The notes: generated by a model from the letters alone, not told the origin. Positions 36,258 through 46,800 are shown, numbered from the stretch's first letter. The stretch: 64,000 nucleotides of DNA from Porphyridium purpureum (GCA_008690995.1 VRMN01000001.1:682001-746000); one strand, 5' to 3'. A program made the numbers and translations.

Positions 36258-37034
36258 TTACGCCCAGCCAAGAAGCTTCCCGACGATGTCCATGCCTGTC
36301 TTGGCCTGCCAAGCAAACAACCCGATCACAAACACGCCCGCCGCCAAGTGAGCGTCGCGCGCAGGCTTGCTGCTCTTTTGCATGGCAGGAACAAGCGATG
36401 CCATGAAGGTCATCGTGGCGACGAGGCCCAATCCTGCGTACAGATGCGGGCCAGGGAAGAGCTTGCCCGCTCGTGAAAAGGTGTTGGCCATACCTTCAAA
36501 CGTGACGAGAGTCACGACCGCCATGAGCGACGAGGACATGGCGAAGTGCTTCTGGCCCGGCTTTTCCTTGGCGAGCTCCTTCTTCTTCTCAGCATCGTCG
36601 GTGGTCTTGAGCTCGCGCACCTGCCAACCCAAGTATCCCGTGTAAGCGCACGTGCCGAACAGAATCCACATGGTGATGGGGTGGACGAGCGAGGCCGGCT
36701 TGGTCTTCATCAGCTCAGTGAGTCCATCTGCGGCGTTGGCCGCGTCCGGCGCGCCCACCATGACCAAGGCGAGCGCGAGCGCGGCCGCCGTGACCATGGT
36801 CTGGTCAAACTCCTGCGCGTGTGCCAGATCCTGCTGCACAGACGGCTCTTCGCGCGCCTGCACGAGCGCGTGCTTTGACGCCTCGCTGTCCTCCCGATCC
36901 ACGCTGCAGCAAATCCGAGCTCGCGAGGAGGTCGCTGCGGGCACGGCCGACGCGGCCCGCTTCTGCACCTTCAAGCCGGTGCCGGCCGTCGCGGCCGCGG
37001 GAAGCGCATTGATTCCATACACAAACGCCGCCAT
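36258..37034 (-). CDS. Plastid membrane protein, DUF4079-like
   Basis: LVHPITM, YLGWQ, GKLFPGPHLYAGL, ARDAH, WQAKTG; MAAFV transit peptide. Confidence 0.8.
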   Translation of the reverse strand: MAAFVYGINALPAAATAGTGLKVQKRAASAVPAATSSRARICCSVDREDSEASKHALVQAREEPSVQQDLAHAQEFDQTMVTAAALALALVMVGAPDAANAADGLTELMKTKPASLVHPITMWILFGTCAYTGYLGWQVRELKTTDDAEKKKELAKEKPGQKHFAMSSSLMAVVTLVTFEGMANTFSRAGKLFPGPHLYAGLGLVATMTFMASLVPAMQKSSKPARDAHLAAGVFVIGLFAWQAKTGMDIVGKLLGWA

Positions 37035-37325
37035 GATGAAGTCTACCACTGCTGAAGCACCGAACCAATAGCTATGACCGTTCCGCACACCCACCACTTC
37101 ACGTCTGTACCGCTACTAGGACAACGGTCTCGTGTGCGACTCTTCCCATGTTCGTTTATGCCTTCACGTGGAAATGCCTCCAGCTGTGAATCACATTTGG
37201 GGCGAGGTACAGTTGCGCCTCTAATGATAACTGAACCCTACTGGAATGAGATCTCCCGTTCTTCTTTAGCACAGGCGGAATGGAGCAACTATCGACACTT
37301 GCGTTTCGCGCTGGGTGCAACTCGT

Positions 37326-39599
37326 TCACGTCGGCTCATTTTGCTGCTGTTGCTGCCGACGCAGCTGCGCCTGTTTGGGATTGCGCGCTGTGTAATGGGT
37401 ATGCAGCAGTTCGTGAGACTTGTGGCCCAACGGTTTGCCCAGAAAGTCGTCGTACAGCTGAAGGATCTCCGAGTTCTCGTGGCTCGTGCGCAGCGGAAGA
37501 TCCGCGTCGCCCTTGTACACGGCCGCAAACCGTTTTTGCAGAAGCTCCGTGTCCACTGCATCCTTCGGGTTGCCTGCACCTCCAATGCATCCTCCCCGGC
37601 ACGCCATCATCTCGACAAAGTGGTAAGGCGGAGCCGTCCCGGCCCGGATTTTGTCCACCAGCTCGCGCAGATTCGAGCCTTGGTGCGCAATGGCTACCTG
37701 CAGCGCGGTACCGTGTAGGTCTACCGTCGCTTCGCGGATCCCGTTCAAACCGCGCACCTCTTCGAAATTGAGGCGCGGCATGCTCCCTCCGCCAGGCGGC
37801 GCAGTCACCGCGTACGCAGTGCGCAGCGCGGCCTCCATCACACCACCGGTTGTTCCGAACAGCAGCGCCGCACCGCTCGACTTGCCCAGCGGTGAGTCAT
37901 ATTTCGAATCTGGCAATGTCTGGAAACTGATCTTCGGACGGTGCATCTTGATGAGTCGTGCCAGCTCGCGTGTCGTCAATACGTAGTCGACGTCACGTCC
38001 TCCGGCTTCTGTCCTGAAATTCTCGCGACTGGCTTCGTCCTTTTTCGCCACGCATGGCATGATACTTACTACTTTCACCTCGCTCGGATGTCGCCCAATC
38101 TTTTGCGCAAAGTACGACTTTGCGATGCTGCCGAACATTTGCTGGGGGCTTTTGCAGCTGCTTACGTGTGGAATGAGGTCTGGGTACACCTTCTCGACCA
38201 TGTTGATCCAGCCTGGACAGCAACTTGTAAACATGGGGAACGGTCCGCCGTTCGCGATGCGCTGCAGCAGCTCATTGCCTTCTTCGAGAATGGTCAGGTC
38301 AGCGGTGAAATTAGTATCAAACACATAGTCAAAGCCCAGCATTTTCAGCACGGTCACCAGCTGACCCGGCGTCGTTGCGCCCGGTGGAAGGCCAAACGCT
38401 TCTGAAATTGTTATTCTCACAGCCGGGGCCGTCTGCACGACCGAGACATACTTGCGAAGGTCATTTAGCTTCTTCTCCAGCGCATCGTCCTCGCCAAACT
38501 GAACTGGCCCGGCAGACACGGTATTCTTCGTACTCTGGCTCACTTCCTCCTGGGGTGGCACGAGCTCCTGTTCCTCGAGACGTGCATAGTCGATATTATT
38601 CTCCAGAAGATCTTGTACATCCTGCAAGGCGTCCTTTTCGGTGATCGCTGCCACTGGGCAGCTCGCCACACACGCGCCACACGAAATGCACTCTGTTTCC
38701 TTCATATCCAGGTTGTATACGGGCGCTACAACTTCCTCATTGCCGCGCGCTACGACGCCCAGAATGTCCATGCCTTGGAGCTCTGAGCACGCGCGCACGC
38801 AGCGCAAACACAAAACGCACATCTCAAAGTCGAGGTCAAGGGCCGGTGATGTGCGATCATTCGCATGCGCACGTCCGTCCTTCTCCAGGGACGGCTTTAC
38901 GCGTGGCTTGACAAATGGCGGGGGCGGCACGTCGTACCGGCCGACCAGATCTTGGAACTCGCACTGGCCGTTTGCTGCGCACGTCTGGCACCGGTCTGGA
39001 TGCCGGTAGCGCTGCATCGCGATCTGGGAGCGCACGTGGTCCTTGAGTTCTGGCGTATTTGTTAGCACGACCATCCCCTCCGCCGCAGGAGTCGCGCACG
39101 ACGCGACCTTCTTGCCGCGCGATGGGTTGTTTCTCAAAATGTCCACCAGACACAGCCTGCACGTTCCGGCAGGCTCAAGGTTTGGGTGGTAGCATAGCGC
39201 GGGCACGTACACGCCTGCTTTGCGCGCCGCCTCGAGAACCGAAGCCCCTTCAGGCACCTCGACCGAGCGCCCATTGATCATTAATCTCACCATTTTCACC
39301 GCGTGCTGTGCGTGCAGCGCTTGCGCGGCCGCTGTGGAGGTCGCCACATTGGGCACCCAGTCCCACGGCCGCCGATGCTGCGCGAGTGTCAGTTCACTGA
39401 ATGGCTTCGAACTGCCCAACCATGACGTCCTGCCACCTCGCGCCGTCGACGAAGTCATGCGGAGCTGCGTGACGCGCGACACGATAGCCGTCGTGCCCAT
39501 GGCCATCATCGACACCGCACACGAGTGCAGCACGGCTGGCACTTGCGCGTGCAGCATCCATGGCGCCAGCACACTGCTGCCGATCTGCAATGCCTGCAT
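37326..39599 (-). CDS. hydA: [FeFe]-hydrogenase with full F-domain (2Fe-2S, His-ligated 4Fe-4S, 2x4Fe-4S) and N-terminal presequence
   Basis: H-cluster motifs FTSCCPGW, IMPCVAKKDE, EMMACRGGCIGGAG; QTAPAVR, ADLTILEE, TTGGVMEAALRT, SHELLHTHY. F-domain LCYHP..GTCRLC..ASC, HPDRCQTC....QC, CVLCLRCVRAC, CISCGACVASCP. Confidence 0.95.
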   Translation of the reverse strand: MQALQIGSSVLAPWMLHAQVPAVLHSCAVSMMAMGTTAIVSRVTQLRMTSSTARGGRTSWLGSSKPFSELTLAQHRRPWDWVPNVATSTAAAQALHAQHAVKMVRLMINGRSVEVPEGASVLEAARKAGVYVPALCYHPNLEPAGTCRLCLVDILRNNPSRGKKVASCATPAAEGMVVLTNTPELKDHVRSQIAMQRYRHPDRCQTCAANGQCEFQDLVGRYDVPPPPFVKPRVKPSLEKDGRAHANDRTSPALDLDFEMCVLCLRCVRACSELQGMDILGVVARGNEEVVAPVYNLDMKETECISCGACVASCPVAAITEKDALQDVQDLLENNIDYARLEEQELVPPQEEVSQSTKNTVSAGPVQFGEDDALEKKLNDLRKYVSVVQTAPAVRITISEAFGLPPGATTPGQLVTVLKMLGFDYVFDTNFTADLTILEEGNELLQRIANGGPFPMFTSCCPGWINMVEKVYPDLIPHVSSCKSPQQMFGSIAKSYFAQKIGRHPSEVKVVSIMPCVAKKDEASRENFRTEAGGRDVDYVLTTRELARLIKMHRPKISFQTLPDSKYDSPLGKSSGAALLFGTTGGVMEAALRTAYAVTAPPGGGSMPRLNFEEVRGLNGIREATVDLHGTALQVAIAHQGSNLRELVDKIRAGTAPPYHFVEMMACRGGCIGGAGNPKDAVDTELLQKRFAAVYKGDADLPLRTSHENSEILQLYDDFLGKPLGHKSHELLHTHYTARNPKQAQLRRQQQQQNEPT

Positions 39600-39864
39600 G
39601 GTCGTCTCTTTCTCTCCTTCTGTGTGTCTCTACGCCAATTCCCCTCGTTTGTCTCCTTCTTTGCCTCTCGCCGCACGGAACGGCTTGCCTCTTCTCCCGT
39701 CCTAGTGACTCGTCGTTATGCGCCCTTGAGCCGTCAATCCATATCGTGCACGCAGACGCTCTCTTTGAATCCTCATGTGCGTTGCCAGTACAAACTACCG
39801 CTCTTTTCTGTCGGCTGGCACATCCAGCCACCGCGCTTTTATACCGCGCGCACCATCACCGCAA

Positions 39865-40000
39865 GCGTGCGCGCGCGCGCGCGCATGCCCGTTCCACATG
39901 CAAACTCAGCCCTACGCATTGCCTCTGGCGCTGACAAATCCCATGCCGATTCACTCGCCTCCCGCAACACACACACACACACTCTCTCTCTCTCTCTCTC
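39865..40000. repeat. (GC)8 alternating purine-pyrimidine tract and compound (AC)8(TC)9 microsatellite upstream of hydA
   Basis: Read directly at 39865-39888 and 39967-40000. Confidence 0.85.
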
Positions 40001-40187
40001 TTTTGGCACCAACGTCTCTCCTATCGTACTAGTAAACCAGCTATGCGTTGTCATCATTATGCCTTTCCCTCTTACACTTTACGTACAGATTCACAACAAC
40101 CAACAAAATGCACTCAACTTGCAAGCGCTCATCCACCAACTGTACTCACACAGAACACAATCCACCCCCGTTTTTTCATCTTTTATA

Positions 40188-41730
40188 CAGTCCTGGCCAA
40201 GATGTTTGCAACACCCTCATAAAAAGAGAAATTCGTGTAAAAGTGAAGAATCTTGATAGACAAGGGTATGTTTTGAGCACGCCAATCGATCGCACGTCCC
40301 AAGAAACACTGGGGAGCGTCCAACGGGAGGAAAAGGCAAGGAAAGAGCACATGGGCAATGGAGACACCGAAAAGGGGTATTGGCGAGAGGCGCAAGTTTT
40401 GGAACGTAAGAAAGAAACACGAAGATCAAGAAGGATGAGACTTTAGTACTTGGTGTGGTGGCCGCGCACGTCTAGTACAGCTTGAAGACGGCGAGGCATG
40501 GACTCCAACAGTGGAACTACGTACTTTTGGGCCTCGGTCGCCCACGCCGCAAGGACGGCAGCCTTAAGTTCTGCGACGCGTGCGAACTGGCGGCATTTTC
40601 GGTAAACCACGCGCGACAAGACGCCCCAAATGTTTTCAATTGGGTTAAGGTCCGGAGACCTTGCAGGCCACGGCAGCACAGTGACGCCGAGTGCGTCGAG
40701 CCACGCCTTGGTCGAGTTGGCCGTATGTGCCGGGGCATTGTCTTGCTGGAAAGTGAAATTGAAGTCATACATTTCCAGGCCGAACGGAAGCAAGGCTTCC
40801 AGCAAGACTTGTTGATACTTCACGGCATTCAAGCCACCCTCGACGAAGACGGCCATTGTTAGGCCGCGCAGGGACATACCGGCCCACATGTGAACCTTGC
40901 CACCTCCAGAGTGCTGACGCCTGGCGTACGAACTTGACTTAGCGCGACAGTCGACCCATCGCTGCGAGGAGCCGAATGGGCCATCGCAGCTCCAAATCTT
41001 CTCGTCTGAAAAGACCACTTGATGCCAGAAAGCCATTGGTTTCGCAATGAATGCGGTGGCAAACGCCAAACGCTTCCTGATGTTGTCAGACGACAGCGAA
41101 GGTTTCCGCGAGACTCGCTTGTAGCGAAGAAAGCCTGCTGCTTGAAGCGTCCGACGCACTGTCCTGGCCGAGCACTGCAAGTGCAGCTCGTGAACCACCT
41201 GTCCGGACGTCAGTGCATCAACAGATACGAAGCGAATGATGCGGCGTTCCGATTTGCGACTCAAAAGCCGTTTCGGACCTGGCTTCTTGCGGACAATTCG
41301 GCGCCCCCTTGACGCCAGATAACGGCTCACAGTTGCATAGGACGGTCGCGAGCGATCTGGGCGAGGCTTCAGAGCCTTCGCAATGGCTCGCACCGACAGC
41401 TCCTGGCCCGCAAGGGCGTCGATCTGCCCTTTTTCGTGTTCCGACAGCCACGGCGCCATTGTTCGGCCGTCGCGCGCTCAATTTCGATCTGGAGACTCTC
41501 CGCTTGCGCACGACGAGATGGATCAGCGAGCGAAGATCCTTTGAGCACCTTCTGATGGTCTGGGGAAAACAAAAACGCGCGCGCCGCGCCTTGGTTCATC
41601 GTCATGCTCGATGTTGACAATGTTAAAAAAAGAGTTAAAAGTAAGTTTTCTATTAAAATGGGCTATTTCACGATAAGATCCAATTTTTTGGACCAAAATG
41701 CAGGTGTTGCAAACATCTTGGCCAGGACTG
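40188..41730 (-). mobile_element. Intact Tc1/mariner DNA transposon (1543 bp)
   Basis: Perfect 28-bp TIRs CAGTCCTGGCCAAGATGTTTGCAACACC (40188-40215 and reverse complement 41703-41730), flanked by TA duplications (40186-40187, 41731-41732). Confidence 0.97.
40443..41459 (-). CDS. Tc1-family DD34E transposase
   Basis: N-terminal HTH regions, VVFSDEK, FQQDNAPAH, WPARSPDLNPIENIW; 34 residues between the second D and E. Confidence 0.96.
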   Translation of the reverse strand: MAPWLSEHEKGQIDALAGQELSVRAIAKALKPRPDRSRPSYATVSRYLASRGRRIVRKKPGPKRLLSRKSERRIIRFVSVDALTSGQVVHELHLQCSARTVRRTLQAAGFLRYKRVSRKPSLSSDNIRKRLAFATAFIAKPMAFWHQVVFSDEKIWSCDGPFGSSQRWVDCRAKSSSYARRQHSGGGKVHMWAGMSLRGLTMAVFVEGGLNAVKYQQVLLEALLPFGLEMYDFNFTFQQDNAPAHTANSTKAWLDALGVTVLPWPARSPDLNPIENIWGVLSRVVYRKCRQFARVAELKAAVLAAWATEAQKYVVPLLESMPRRLQAVLDVRGHHTKY

Positions 41731-42054
41731 TACATACAAATTGAACATCAAAAATTAAAATTAGAGTTAAAGTTGACGAAGTTCGTCTAGTGATGTGGCG
41801 TGTGACTGTACCTTCTACCAGAATGCCTTTTTTCCCATTGTGGTGGTGCGTCAATTTCTTCTTGCGGTGGGTGTACAGCTGAAATCTCCACACACACACA
41901 AACAAGCGTATCACAATAAATATCGTGCGCGCGCTGGGTCATGAAGTTGTTCTTTCCTTTTAGGCTCGACCCGATCACCATATCAACGCGCATCACACCA
42001 CTACACTAAAACACAACTAATCCCAGTACTAGTGCCAGTCATAATAGTAGTAGT

Positions 42055-42851
42055 CGTGGAATTTTAGGGTTCCGCCCCGAGAGACGCCGTAGGGTTTTGA
42101 GTACAAAACCCTAGAAAGTTCTATGATGAAAGATTGTTCGAGAAGCGTGATGATCTCGGACCTGCGAAATGTTTGTCATTGTCGTTTTGTGTGACCTTGT
42201 GCAAAGGTCAAAGGCCGGCCGAAGCTTCTGGATTCGTTCTTGACGCGCCCTCCCGGCCATTTTCCGGATACGTGGCCGGCTGTGGTTGCGAGTTGTGGAA
42301 CGAATCAAAACCTGTGGTGGAAATTCGTCCTGTTGGAGAAATTTGTTCTCCCGTCCTTGCTGGAAAGAGCAAGGACGAAGGGTATAAAAGGACGAAGGGG
42401 CAAGCTGGTTCCCAGGAATTTCCAGGTCAAGGTAGAAGAAGAGGTAAGGGCAAATAGAATAAAAAGAGAATTGGTTAGTTGGATTGAGGCAGTCGTTGGA
42501 AGACTTGGGTTGGATTTGCGGGAGAGGCACGCTAGCGTGTTGTGCGAGCGGATATCGGTCTGGAGTGTTTTTAAAAAGGCAGCTGGGGTTTAAACGTACC
42601 TTCCATCACCCTTCACTTGTCAAGACCGGTCCACTCCCTCTCGTAGTCCCCTATAAGTTGAATTTTCTGTCCTCTCTTCCTTTCTAGCCACTTTTCTCTG
42701 ATTGTCCTGCTTGTCCTTCCGTTCGTTTCGGTGTGTCGGTTCGTCGTCGGTTTGTCAGTTTCCGGGGTGTGGCGGTTTCCAGTTCCTGTTATCGGTGAAG
42801 CGATCCGGTTTTGTTGATTCGGTTACAAAGCAGAAAGGGAGAAATTCCAAG
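42055..42851 (+). repeat. 5' LTR (CG-TGGAATTT...AAATTCCA-AG)
   Basis: Matches 47019-47815 with one difference noticed (A42194/G47158). TATAAAA at 42383 and AATAAA at 42458. Confidence 0.96.
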
Positions 42852-42869
42852 TGGTATCATCGCCCGGTT
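42852..42869 (+). promoter_or_regulatory. Primer-binding site, probably for initiator tRNA-Met
   Basis: TGGTATCATCGCCCGGTT directly after the LTR. Its reverse complement parses as AA|CCGGG|CGATGAT|A|CCA, a tRNA 3' end. Confidence 0.85.
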
Positions 42870-42880
42870 GTTTGGAGAAA

Positions 42881-43828
42881 ATGGAAAGCCATGAAATGGA
42901 AATGAATGTCCCGCAGGAGAATGCGGCATGGATTGAGGCAGCTAATCAGCTGCATGCGCGCATTGCGGGACAGGAGATGATGATGGCACAAGTGCAGGAA
43001 GCGAATCGTAACCTCCATGAAATGATGCAAGTTTTGTTGCGCCAGCAGACCGTGGCGTCTGGGTCTGGTGACAACGATCGTGCCATGGCCGCGTTAATTG
43101 GGCGCAGTTTGAGAAAGTTTGATGGTCAGCGTGACAAGCTCGTTGTCAATGAATGGCTGATGCGAATGAAGAGCGACCTGGATATCTGCATGCCCGCAGG
43201 TGCTTTGGACTCGCAGAAAGTGATTGTTGCAAGTCGCTTTTTCGAGAGGGACGCAGCGCTGCTTTGGGCAGCTCGTCCGGAGGAGCAGAGAAAGGGCCTT
43301 GCAGAGGCCGGATGGGATGCGTTCGCAAACTTCGTGCGCACAGCGTTTGAGCCGCCGCAGGCGCATTTGACAGCGCGCACCAATCTGTATCAGTTGAAGC
43401 AAGGGAAAATGACGGTCGCAGAATTTGAGCAGAATCTCAGGATGACAGCGTTGTCAGTTGAAGATGTGACAGATGCAGAACTGAACACCATCTTCACGCT
43501 GGGCTTGAAGGAGAAACTGCGTATTGAGGTGGCCCGTCAGGACACAAGGACCTTGGAAGAATCACTGAAAGTTGCGTTGGCAGCTGAGCAGGTTGCAAAG
43601 TTCGGAGGAGATATGAGTCAAGTGATCAAGAACTCGTCATCGACTCATAGCAGGGCGTTCTCGTCGCATTCTGGTAGCGCACCAATGGATTTGGGAGCCA
43701 TGGACAAGCGGAAGTCTGGCAAGACCAAAGTGAAGTGTTACCATTGTGGAGAACGTGGACACATTAAGCCCAAATGCCCTAAATTGAAGGAGCGCTTGGC
43801 AGGTGGTCCGCCAGAGCCGGAAAACTAA
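42881..43828 (+). CDS. gag: Gag (Ty3/gypsy-type capsid plus CCHC zinc knuckle)
   Basis: KFDG...WL, LKQGKMTVAEF, FTLGLK, APMDLG, CYHCGERGHIKPKC. Confidence 0.92.
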   Translation: MESHEMEMNVPQENAAWIEAANQLHARIAGQEMMMAQVQEANRNLHEMMQVLLRQQTVASGSGDNDRAMAALIGRSLRKFDGQRDKLVVNEWLMRMKSDLDICMPAGALDSQKVIVASRFFERDAALLWAARPEEQRKGLAEAGWDAFANFVRTAFEPPQAHLTARTNLYQLKQGKMTVAEFEQNLRMTALSVEDVTDAELNTIFTLGLKEKLRIEVARQDTRTLEESLKVALAAEQVAKFGGDMSQVIKNSSSTHSRAFSSHSGSAPMDLGAMDKRKSGKTKVKCYHCGERGHIKPKCPKLKERLAGGPPEPEN

Positions 43829-43880
43829 GACCTCGAGAGCCAAGACAGGAGGAGATCTCGAGGGGAATGGAGCCTCCTGT
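43819..43880 (+). promoter_or_regulatory. -1 programmed ribosomal frameshift: G_GAA_AAC slippery site plus H-type pseudoknot
   Basis: Heptamer 43819-43825 just before the gag TAA. Pol is in the -1 frame and open across the site. S1 CCTCGAGA/TCTCGAGG, S2 ACAGGAGG/CCTCCTGT. Confidence 0.85.
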
Positions 43881-46800
43881 AATGGGTGTTGTGGAAGGTG
43901 TTGCGCACGAGGGTGCGAGGTCAAGGCTCTTCTACAAACATGGGAAAGTGAGTGGTTCAAAAATCGACTTCTTGATTGACAGTGGAGCGTCGCATAATTT
44001 CCTGGGGTCCCGATTCTTGGACGCAAGCGTAAAGTCCAGTTGCGATGAATGCATGGTCGAGCTTGCGGGAGGACAGAGAATGAAGGTGCACGGCCCCATT
44101 GTGCTTGCGGTGGACCTCGGTTTCTGGATAGGGAACGTCGAGTTTTATATCGGTCCCATTCGTATGGATGCCATCTTAGGGTGGAAATGGCTCAAGATGG
44201 TGAATCCTAAGATTGATTGGCAGAAGGGACTGATGGAAACGAGGCCCGAGGGGAAGGAAATATGCACGTTGGAAAATGTTGAAGAAGTGGTTCCCGAGCT
44301 TGACGGGAAAAATCAGAGCGTGGCTGCTTCGGAACACGAGTTGACTCACATGCCTATGCAAAGAGACTGTGAGACGTGTGTCGTGGCGAAGATAAAGCGA
44401 CGCCCGGCCCGAAGGCTGGAGAAAGATGTCAGTGCATTGTCATTCAATGATGAAGTCGGAATTGACTTGGTGGAGCCTGGGCGAAATGTGAAGTCGGTAG
44501 ATGGTTCAAAGTTTATTTTGACGCATATCGACAGAGCCACAGGATGGGTGACATTGGCGGGGCTACGTGCGAAAACCCACACGGCGGTTGCGGACGCTTG
44601 GAAAAGTGTGCAAGCCGGGAGAGGATGGCCGAAGGTTTTGCGAACGGATGATGGGAATGAGTTCAAGGGAGATGTGGGGAGACTGGTGCGTGAACACCTC
44701 ATAAAGCACGAGGTGGGGATTCCGTACAGGCCAAACAGTCATGCTGAACAGGAGCGGTTTCACCACACGCTGAATCAGGGAATCCGTGCGAATCTTGTGC
44801 AGGCCGGACTCGGGAAGCGTTGGTTCATGCACGCCGCGCAGCATTTTGCGTTCATGACGAATAGACTTCACGTGGGCAGGAAGTCTGGAAAGACGCCGTT
44901 TGAATTACGACATGGTGAAAAATGGTCGCCGAGAAATCTTAGTTTGCCATTCGGGTGCAAGGTGGTCTACAAAGATGATCAGCCTGACAATAAGTATGCA
45001 CCGCGAGGAAAAGTTGGCATTCTCGTCGGCGTTGGAGAGCATCCGATGGCAATTTTGGTGCTTCCTCGGGATGACTGGACGAGTGAGACCCCAAAAGTAA
45101 TTCGCACTCAGGATTTTAAGGCATTTACCCATGAGTTCCCTTTAAAGGGAATTGAACGAGAGGTGGTGAGCCTGAGCCAGCAGGAAGAGTTGCCAGAAGT
45201 GGACGAACCATCCGCGGTTGAAGCGGTGCAGGACTTGGATCGTCGTATCGATGCTCTCAGAGCTAGAGAAGCGGAGCTTGAGAAAGAGATCGAGGCATTG
45301 AAAGTGAGAGTGGTTGACGAAGAACGGGCAGCAGGCACGGGTGGTCCAGTGACGATCCCACAGTTGAACTTAACGACTTTGCTGAAAACTGGAGCGGCGT
45401 TGGCGTCTGAGCAAGGACGAGCCGCGATGGAAAAAGAAGTCAAATCCATGCTGAAATTTGGGGTATGGGATGAGAGTCCCTTGACGCTGGAGGAGGCCCG
45501 GAGGCAACCTGGTGCTCGTTTCGTACGCACACATTTCATTTTCGGTCTGAAATTTGCTGAGATGCCGGAAGAATTTCGCAAGGTGAAGTGCCGCTTGGTG
45601 GCCGGGGGAAACAGGATATGGGGGTCCGATGGAGCTGCGACGAATGACATTTTTGATTATGAGACGCCTGCTGGTTTGTCAGCTATCCGAATGATAATAG
45701 CTGTGGCTGCAATTCTGGGCCTTCAGATTGTTAGTTTCGACATCAGCTCGGCATACCTCCATGCGGACCTGTCTGGGCCACCTACGTTTGCATACTTACC
45801 GCGTGAAATTTGTGATTCAAAAGACACAGTAGTCAGGCTGAGAAAGGCGCTGTATGGCTTGCCCAGGAGCGGCTCGGATTTCTCACAAGATGCTCGGAGG
45901 AGATTGCAAAAGTTCCAGTGGAAGCTCGTGCATGGTGAAAAGAATGTGTACGTCCGGAGAAATGCTGCAAGTTCGTCAGTTGCGTTGTTGGCTCTGTACG
46001 TGGATGATGGTCTATTAGCCTGTCGAGAGGAGGAACGCCCAGGAATCATCGAAGAATTGAAACAAGAGTTTCTCATAGAAAAAGCACCAGAACTATTGAC
46101 GGAAGGAGGATCCTTGAGATTCCTGGGGACGAGCATTTCCCTCAAAAATGGGAGCGTGAGTTTGGCGAATCAAGAGTATCAAGATGTGGTCATTCGGGAA
46201 TTTGAGCAGGATATTAGACGCGTATTGCGTGCCGTGAAGTCACCATCTGAGAAGCTAGATGGCGAGGAAGTTCTGAATTATCAAGTCATCTGGAAGACTT
46301 TGAAAGTAAGAGAACACGTCGGGAGGCTGATGTGGCTCGCCAGAACGGTTCGACCTGATATTGCGTATGCAGTCGGTATGATTGCCCGGTACGTTGACAA
46401 GTGGAATGTGGCAGCAGAAAGGCTGCTCGTACGAGTCGTGCAGTATTTGAAAACACCTCGGGAAGCATTGGAGTATCACGTGTTGGGGAATCTCAAGGAA
46501 GGCATCAGAGGGGTGAACATTCTTGGATACACGGATGCTGACTTTGCTGGTTGTCCAGAGAGTCGTGTGTCGACTTCTGGAAGAGCAACGTACTTAGTTG
46601 CTGGAGATTACAAGTACCTAGTGGATTGGTCTTCGAGAAAGCAGCGTTTCGTGAGCTCGTCGACTTCAGAGTCGGAGTTGGCTGCCCTAGAGGAAACTGT
46701 GCAACTCTCGTTGTTTCCTGCATTGTCTTTCTTGCGAAGTATACGTGACGGAGAGTTCTCGGTGATTTTGATGTGTGACAATCAAGCTGTGATGCGAGCA

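Noticed and set aside
37326..39599. Nar1/NARF or complex I 75-kDa subunit as the identity of the Fe-S protein
   Set aside because: TSCCPGW and a full H-domain follow the NuoG-like N-terminus, which is diagnostic of a true [FeFe]-hydrogenase.
42111..42905. Short ORFs inside the LTRs, duplicated at 47075-47953
   Set aside because: No recognisable domains. The duplication simply reflects the LTR, and one ORF start differs with the single LTR mismatch.
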